This document shows positions 58,158-64,000 of a DNA stretch of 64,000 nucleotides, in pieces. The notes below the pieces were generated by a model that had not been told where the DNA came from, made no database searches, and saw nothing but the letters and a program-made list of their open reading frames with translations. The stretch is from contig CAWJFY010000006.1 in NCBI GenBank assembly GCA_963842295.1, forward strand, positions 182,109-246,108, given 5' to 3'. The stretch is from an uncultured Actinomycetota bacterium (GTDB taxonomy: Bacteria > Actinomycetota > UBA4738 > HRBIN12). A program made the position numbers and the translations under genes. Each line of letters opens with the position of its first letter. Within the stretch, counting starts at the first letter, position 1.

Positions 58158-58598
58158 CTACCGGTATCCACCGGTGGGTCGGACGTTGCCGGACTCTCCG
58201 CGCAGCTTGCGCCGCCAGTTCTGCAGCAGGGCTGAGACCACGAGCACCGAGATGATCGGGCCCGTCGTGAGGCCCATCGCGATCGCGTCCCGGAGCATGA
58301 GGTGCGCTTCGTAGGAGAGCCAGAGGAACCCTTCCGCCGAGAGGAACGGCGCGCTCGTGCTGACCGGATCCCGCAGGAACGCCTCGAGGTCCGTCGGGCC
58401 CTGCCAGCCGAGCTTCTGCTCCGCGTAGTACATCCACCACGACGGCATCACGGAGCTCGTGATCAGCAGGAAGAACAGCAGCGCCATCGAGAAGAGCACG
58501 GCGTTCGTCCAGGACCACTCGAAGTCCCTCAGGAACGACTCGACATGGCGCTTGACGGTCTGGACGGGCGATCTGGCTGTGGTCTCGACCTGGCTCAT
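58158..58598 (-). CDS. Membrane protein, first gene of the bc operon
   Basis: Two hydrophobic segments; ends RPTGGYR. Confidence 0.7.
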   Translation of the reverse strand: MSQVETTARSPVQTVKRHVESFLRDFEWSWTNAVLFSMALLFFLLITSSVMPSWWMYYAEQKLGWQGPTDLEAFLRDPVSTSAPFLSAEGFLWLSYEAHLMLRDAIAMGLTTGPIISVLVVSALLQNWRRKLRGESGNVRPTGGYR

Positions 58599-58677
58599 GC
58601 GCTCGCTTGCTCCATGGGCGGGCGAATCATAACCGGGCCTCGGGGGGCCTTGCCCTGCTCTCGGCTCCCGCTCCCCA

Positions 58678-58697
58678 CTCGTGAAGGTTTTCACGAG
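58678..58697. promoter_or_regulatory. Rex operator-like palindrome
   Basis: CTCGTGAA-GGTT-TTCACGAG versus consensus TTGTGAA-N4-TTCACAA, between the divergent bc and ccdA operons. Confidence 0.75.
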
Positions 58698-58772
58698 CGG
58701 CTCCACACTAAGTCGCGGTCGGAGCAGAGACAACTCAACTCGTGGTGGCGGCGGTGGGAGACTGAGCCCCGG

Positions 58773-59501
58773 ATGCTGGCCGGACTGGTCGACACGGGGC
58801 TCTCGTCGTGGTGGGCGCCGGCCCTCGCCTTCGCGGCCGGGGTCGTGTCCTTCGCCAGTCCGTGCGTCTTACCGCTGGTGCCCGGCTACATCTCGTTCGT
58901 GACCGGGAGCCGCGCGACCGAAGGCGAGGGCCGGCGCCCACTCCTACCGATCCTGCTGTTCATCCTCGGGTTCACGATCGTGTTCACGCTGCTCGGCGCG
59001 TTCGCGGGAACCTTCGTCCGATTCTTCCGGGACGCCTGGTTCCAGCGAGCGGCGGGGCTGGTGGTGATCGTGCTCGGTCTCCTGATGCTCGGCTACGCGT
59101 TCGGCCGTGGCTCGCCGAGCCTTTACGCGGAACGCAGGCCGCTCCTCGAGCGGGTGCGCCCCGGCACGGCCGGGGCGCTCCCCCTCGGGATGGCCTTCGC
59201 CGCCGGCTGGACGCCCTGCATAGGACCCGTGCTCGGAGGCATCCTCGCGATCGCGGCCGGCGGCGGCACCGTCAAGGGTGCAGCGCTGCTCGTCGTGTAC
59301 TCGCTGGGCCTCGGGCTCCCGTTCCTGCTGGTCGGCATCGGCGCCGACCGGCTGGTGCGGAGCCTCGGCTGGGTTCGTCGGAACTACCGGGTCATCGCGG
59401 GGGTCTCGGGAGGGCTGCTCGTGACCGTCGGTGTGCTGCTGACCACGGGCCACTTCCAGCGGATCATCGCGCCGCTCGCGCGCTTCGGCCCGGGGCTCTA
59501 G
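58773..59501 (+). CDS. ccdA: Cytochrome c biogenesis protein CcdA
   Basis: SFASPCVLPLVPGYIS, FAAGWTPCIGPVL, YSLGLGLPF. Confidence 0.94.
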   Translation: MLAGLVDTGLSSWWAPALAFAAGVVSFASPCVLPLVPGYISFVTGSRATEGEGRRPLLPILLFILGFTIVFTLLGAFAGTFVRFFRDAWFQRAAGLVVIVLGLLMLGYAFGRGSPSLYAERRPLLERVRPGTAGALPLGMAFAAGWTPCIGPVLGGILAIAAGGGTVKGAALLVVYSLGLGLPFLLVGIGADRLVRSLGWVRRNYRVIAGVSGGLLVTVGVLLTTGHFQRIIAPLARFGPGL

Positions 59502-59545
59502 GCCGTGGACGGGTGCGGGAGGTGCTCCCTAGCATCGGGGCGAAG

Positions 59546-61093
59546 ATGACATCCTCACCACCCGGTCCCACGGTTCGCCAGTCGGTCGCTTTGGTCTGGC
59601 GAAGCCTGCGGTCGATGCGCACCGCCCTGATCCTCTTGTTGGTCCTTGCCGCCGGCTCCGTGATCGGGTCGCTGCTGCCACAGATCCCGAACTCGCCGGA
59701 GCGGGTCGGGCAGTACCTCGACGATCACGGGTTCTGGGGACCGATGTTCTTCCGGGCGGGCTTCTTCGACGTCTACGGTTCGTGGTGGTTCGTCCTGATC
59801 ACGACCCTGCTCTTCGTGTCGCTGGCCGCGTGCCTGTTCCCGAGGACCCGCGCGATGATCCGGGCGATGCGCCAGCGGCCGCTCCAAGCGAAGGAGTTGG
59901 ACGGGTTCCGCCACCATGCGGAGGTTCGGGTGGGCACCGGACCCGATGAAGCGGCGTCGAGCGCCGCACGTTATCTGCGGAGGAAGCGATTCCGCGTCTC
60001 CCGCGAGGGCCTGGGCGTCGCCGCGGAGAAAGGGGTTCTTCGCGAGGCCGGGAGCCTGCTCTTCCATTGGGCGTTCTTCCTCCTCGTCGTCGGTGTGATC
60101 GTTGGCAAGGGGACCGGGTTCACCGGACGGGCTGTCGTGACCGAGGGGGAGTCGTTCGTGGACGCGCGCTCCAACTACGCCGGTCAGATCCGAGTCGGCC
60201 GGTACTTCGGCGGCGGGTTCACGGGTGTCGGGATCCGCCTGACCGACTTCGAGGCCACCTATCGACGGAACGGGCAGCCGAAGGACTTCGTGTCGCGTGT
60301 CGCGTTCTCCGATCGGCAAGGGGGCGCCATCCGGACCGAGGAGGTTCGGGTGAACCACCCCGCCTCCGTCGAAGGGCTCCGCGTCTTCCAGGAAGGGTTC
60401 GGCTGGGCACCCGTCGTGAAGGTCGAGTTGGGCGGCGCGACGATGTGGTCCTCACCTATCGTCGCGGTGCGTGACCGAGCGCCGGATGGCGTTCCCGCGA
60501 CGGCGATGCCGTGGCGGGGGGCGATCAAGCTCTCGGCGACGGAGCCGGACGTCATGATCACGGTCGAGCTGTGGTCCGACTTCAGGGCCTATGCCAACTT
60601 CCAATTGACCGGCGAGCCGACCCCGATGTTCGTGCAGTTCGACCCGTACATCCGCTATTCGGTCTTCATGGGACGGATCGACGATCCGTCGTTGTCGACG
60701 ATGGACACGAGCGGCCTCCGGCGCGTCGGCGGAGGTGATCTCCACGCCGCCGGGACCAGCGACATCGATGTGCCCGGAGCCGGCGAGCTCCGACTGTCGT
60801 TCCCCGAGCTGCGCCAGTACAGCGTTCTCCTCATCAGCCGCGACGTCGGCATCCCGGTGGTGCTGGCCGCCGCTATCCTCGTCCTCGTGGGACTGATCCC
60901 CTCGCTCTACGTCTCCCGGCGGAAGATCTGGATCCGAGCGGAGGCCGCCCCCGGCGGCGCTCTCGTGAAGATCGGGGGCTTCGCCCTCCAGCACAAGGAC
61001 GCCTTCGACGAGGAGTTCGATCGGATCGTCCGGGGCATCGGGGGACCCGAGGCCGTCGCGATGCACACGGAGGAGAAGGTGGGGACGTCGTGA
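59546..61093 (+). CDS. resB: Cytochrome c biogenesis protein ResB
   Basis: LRSMRTALILL, GSLLPQ, FDVYGSWWF, GSLLFH, VNHP. Confidence 0.92.
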   Translation: MTSSPPGPTVRQSVALVWRSLRSMRTALILLLVLAAGSVIGSLLPQIPNSPERVGQYLDDHGFWGPMFFRAGFFDVYGSWWFVLITTLLFVSLAACLFPRTRAMIRAMRQRPLQAKELDGFRHHAEVRVGTGPDEAASSAARYLRRKRFRVSREGLGVAAEKGVLREAGSLLFHWAFFLLVVGVIVGKGTGFTGRAVVTEGESFVDARSNYAGQIRVGRYFGGGFTGVGIRLTDFEATYRRNGQPKDFVSRVAFSDRQGGAIRTEEVRVNHPASVEGLRVFQEGFGWAPVVKVELGGATMWSSPIVAVRDRAPDGVPATAMPWRGAIKLSATEPDVMITVELWSDFRAYANFQLTGEPTPMFVQFDPYIRYSVFMGRIDDPSLSTMDTSGLRRVGGGDLHAAGTSDIDVPGAGELRLSFPELRQYSVLLISRDVGIPVVLAAAILVLVGLIPSLYVSRRKIWIRAEAAPGGALVKIGGFALQHKDAFDEEFDRIVRGIGGPEAVAMHTEEKVGTS

Positions 61094-62040
61094 ACTGGGC
61101 GCGGATCTCGAGCACGGCGTTCGACGTCACGATCTGGCTCTACCTCGGCGCCATGGTGCTTTCCTTCGCCTATCTCGCCGCCCGCCGCGAACTGCTGTGG
61201 ATGCTGGCTCGCGTCGTCGCGATCGCCGGCGTGACGGCCAACCTGATCTCGATCGTCGCCCGAGGGATGGCCGCCGACCGTGTGCCCTGGGGCAACATGT
61301 TCGAATACTCGACGGTCCTCGCGTTCCTTGTGGTCGCCGGCACGCTCGTCTTCGTCGAGGGTATTGCGAAGATCAAGACGCTCACGGGCTTCTCGCTGAT
61401 GTTCTCGGTACTGACGCTCGCGGTGGCGGCGATGTTCTTCCCGGTCGAGCCGAGCCCGCTGCAGCCGGCGCTCAACTCGTACTGGATCAAGATCCACGTG
61501 GTGGCCGCGATCACCGGGTCCTCGCTCTTCGCGATCGGCGGGATCGCGACGATCCTGTTCCTGATCAAGGACCGATCGGAGCGGCGCGCACTCACGGTCC
61601 TCCGCGAGCGCGCGCCCGCTCCGATCATGGGCGGGGCGGTCGAGGTCGACACGCCGCACGATCTCCTCCCCGACCCTGAGGAGCCGGGAGTCACGGCCGG
61701 CGAGCCGCGGCGCGGCGGAGTCCTCCCGTCCGCCGCCGCGCTGGATCGCGTGGCGTATCGAGTCATCGCGTTCGCGTTCCCCATCTGGACGTTCGCGGTC
61801 ATCGCGGGCGCGATCTGGGCACAGGAGGCATGGGGCCGCTACTGGGGATGGGACCCGAAGGAGACCTGGTCGTTCGTGACCTGGACGATCTTCGCGGGCT
61901 ACCTGCACGCTCGATCGACGGCCGGATGGAAGGGCCGCCGTGCCGCGATCATCGCGGTCGTGGGCTTCATCTCGCTGTTGATCACCTACTACGCCGTCAA
62001 TCTGTGGATCGTCGGACTGCACTCATACGCGCGCGGATGA
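61090..62040 (+). CDS. ccsB: Cytochrome c biogenesis protein CcsB/ResC
   Basis: PWGNMFE, LNSYWIKIHV, GAIWAQEAWGRYWGWDPKETW, GLHSYA. Confidence 0.94.
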   Translation: MNWARISSTAFDVTIWLYLGAMVLSFAYLAARRELLWMLARVVAIAGVTANLISIVARGMAADRVPWGNMFEYSTVLAFLVVAGTLVFVEGIAKIKTLTGFSLMFSVLTLAVAAMFFPVEPSPLQPALNSYWIKIHVVAAITGSSLFAIGGIATILFLIKDRSERRALTVLRERAPAPIMGGAVEVDTPHDLLPDPEEPGVTAGEPRRGGVLPSAAALDRVAYRVIAFAFPIWTFAVIAGAIWAQEAWGRYWGWDPKETWSFVTWTIFAGYLHARSTAGWKGRRAAIIAVVGFISLLITYYAVNLWIVGLHSYARG

Positions 62041-62129
62041 GGCGTCAGGTCGCCAGAGACCCCGGTGATACAGTGCGCGCGGGCTCGCCGAGCCCGTCTT
62101 CGAGGGAGTTCCGGGAGACCCAAGGAACC

Positions 62130-63233
62130 GTGCGGAAGAGGTTGCTCTGGGCGGCGGTCGCCATCGGCCTGCTCCTGCTGTTGGGCGCCTGCTCTCCCGA
62201 TGCGACGCAGAGCACGCTCGAGCCCAAGGGTCCCTACGCCGAGGAGCCGTACGACCTCTTCATCGCCGTCTTCTGGGTTGCGGTCTTCGTCTTCATCGTC
62301 GTCGAGGGTGGCATCATCTGGATCACGATCCGGTATCGCCACCGGAAGGGGAGAGACCGGATCCCCGCCCAGATCCACGGCAATACCCGTCTCGAGATCG
62401 GCTGGACGATCGCCCCCGCGCTGATCCTGGCCGGTGTGATGGTGCCAACGGTCGCGGGCATCTGGGACCTCGCTCGGCAGCCACCGGAGGAGGCGCTCAA
62501 CGTCACCGTGGAGGGCTTCCAATGGTGGTGGGGCTTCAAGTACACGGACGGCGACATGCGAACGAACTACGGAGACCGGGCGCCGATCCGGACGGCGGAC
62601 GTTCTCGTGATCCCCGAGGACAGGGTCGTGTACCTCTCCCTCGAGGGCGCGGGTGGAGACATCGTCAAGGACGATCCGGCCGCGACCGACTACATGGTGA
62701 TCCACTCCTTCTGGATCCCGGAGCTCGCCGGCAAACAGGACGTCGTTCCGGGTCGAACGAACCACATCCTGATGCAGGCGGACGACCCGGGGATGTACGA
62801 AGGCCAGTGCGCCGAGTTCTGCGGATTGCAGCACGGGCGGATGCTCGTCCGCGTGCGTGCGCTCTCCGCAGAGGATTGGGACGCGTGGGTGACCAACCAG
62901 AAGGCTCGGGGGGTCACGTCCTCCGATCGGCTCGCTACCCAGGGGATGGATCTGTTCCTGGAGCCGCTCTCGGGAGGGCGGGGGTCGTGCGTCGAATGCC
63001 ACGCCGTGGGTGGTACGGACGCGGCCGGCCAGGCCGGGCCGGAGCTCACGCACTTCGCCGATCCGACCCACGAGTGTTTCGCGGGCTGCAACTGGGAAAC
63101 AACCGACCGGAAGGCCCTGGAGGCGTGGCTGCGGGATCCCGAGGCCGTGAAGATGGGCTCGAAGATGCCCAACTACCACCTGACCGAACAGGAGATCGAC
63201 GCCCTGGTGGCGTACCTCTACAGCCTCAAGTGA
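62130..63233 (+). CDS. coxB: Cytochrome c oxidase subunit II with fused cytochrome c (caa3-type), lipoprotein
   Basis: Lipobox LLGAC; QWWW; VIHSFWIP; CAEFCGLQHGRM (CuA); C-terminal CVECH...KMP. Confidence 0.92.
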   Translation: MRKRLLWAAVAIGLLLLLGACSPDATQSTLEPKGPYAEEPYDLFIAVFWVAVFVFIVVEGGIIWITIRYRHRKGRDRIPAQIHGNTRLEIGWTIAPALILAGVMVPTVAGIWDLARQPPEEALNVTVEGFQWWWGFKYTDGDMRTNYGDRAPIRTADVLVIPEDRVVYLSLEGAGGDIVKDDPAATDYMVIHSFWIPELAGKQDVVPGRTNHILMQADDPGMYEGQCAEFCGLQHGRMLVRVRALSAEDWDAWVTNQKARGVTSSDRLATQGMDLFLEPLSGGRGSCVECHAVGGTDAAGQAGPELTHFADPTHECFAGCNWETTDRKALEAWLRDPEAVKMGSKMPNYHLTEQEIDALVAYLYSLK

Positions 63234-63250
63234 CCTGGAGTGAGTGATCG

Positions 63251-64000
63251 ATGGCGACCGTGAGCACGACCGCGAGGCGGCAGGGGATCCTCCGTCGCCC
63301 GACGGCCACGACCGGCTTCTGGAGCTGGTTCACGACCATCGACCACAAGAAGATCGGGATCCTGTACGGGGGCACGGCCTTGCTGTTCTTCCTGATCGGA
63401 GGGCTCGAGGCGCTGTTGATCCGCGCCCAGCTCGCGCAGCCCAACGGCACTTTGTTGAATGCCGACCAGTACAACCAGATCTTCACGATGCACGGCGTCA
63501 CGATGATCTTCCTATTCGTGATGCCGATGTCGGCCGCGTTCTTCAACTACTTCATCCCGTTGATGATCGGCGCCCGAGATGTCGCCTTCCCACGCCTGAA
63601 CGCGTACAGCTACTGGTTGTTCCTGCTGGGCGGGCTCTTCCTCTATTCGAGCTTCTTCCTCGGGGGCGCGCCCAACTGCGGGTGGTTCTGCTACGCGCCG
63701 AACTCGATCTTCGATCCGTCGGTCGGTCCCACCTTCTACGCGCTCGGTCTGATCATCACCGGCATCGCCTCGACCGCCGGTGCGGTGAACCTCGCCGTCA
63801 CCGTCATCAACATGCGTGCGCCGGGGATGTCGCTGTTCCGGGTTCCCGTCTTCGTGTGGATGGGACTCGTGGTGCAGTTGCTCCTGGCGTTCTCGTTGCC
63901 GATCATCACCGTAGCTTTGTTCCAGCTGCTGTTCGATCGCGAGTTCGGAACCCATTTCTTCGATCCGACGGCGGGCGGGGATCCGATCCTGTGGCAGCAC
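63251..64000 (+). CDS. ctaD: Cytochrome c oxidase subunit I (runs off the window)
   Basis: TTIDHKKIGILY, YNQIFTMHGVTMIF, IGARDVAFPRLN, GGDPILWQH. Confidence 0.95.
   Translation, partial: MATVSTTARRQGILRRPTATTGFWSWFTTIDHKKIGILYGGTALLFFLIGGLEALLIRAQLAQPNGTLLNADQYNQIFTMHGVTMIFLFVMPMSAAFFNYFIPLMIGARDVAFPRLNAYSYWLFLLGGLFLYSSFFLGGAPNCGWFCYAPNSIFDPSVGPTFYALGLIITGIASTAGAVNLAVTVINMRAPGMSLFRVPVFVWMGLVVQLLLAFSLPIITVALFQLLFDREFGTHFFDPTAGGDPILWQH

Overview
High-GC, mostly core-chromosome window from a deep-branching actinobacterium (inferred from mshA, glnR, rsiG, bS22, clpS-DUF2017, rex and ccdA-resB-ccsB synteny). Left: nitrogen control (glnA2-type GS, glnE, glnA1, glnR, matching GlnR boxes), a ~4 kb lower-GC defence islet (GmrSD-type and SRA-like-HNH nucleases), a frameshift-ridden alkA/metallophosphoesterase pair and an ECF42 module. 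Middle: cysH/sat, an rsiG-HD-GYP-asparaginase-mshA block, proline and amine catabolism genes, pyk, clpS, a Clp1-like RNA kinase next to bS22, and a SigK-RskA-DUF4331-TPR module. Right: rex, an atypical split b6-type cytochrome bc operon led by a 2x[4Fe-4S] ferredoxin, cytochrome c maturation genes and the start of a caa3 oxidase. The most striking signal is non-coding: a ~390-nt, promoter-driven, terminator-ended RNA at ~27913-28300 with a 13-bp closing helix and six repeated GNRA-capped arms, matching no RNA family I recognise. A 6C-like sRNA, several unannotated small ORFs and pervasive leaderless promoters are also visible. No CRISPR, rRNA, tRNA or transposase was seen. All calls come from reading the sequence by eye; no searches were run.
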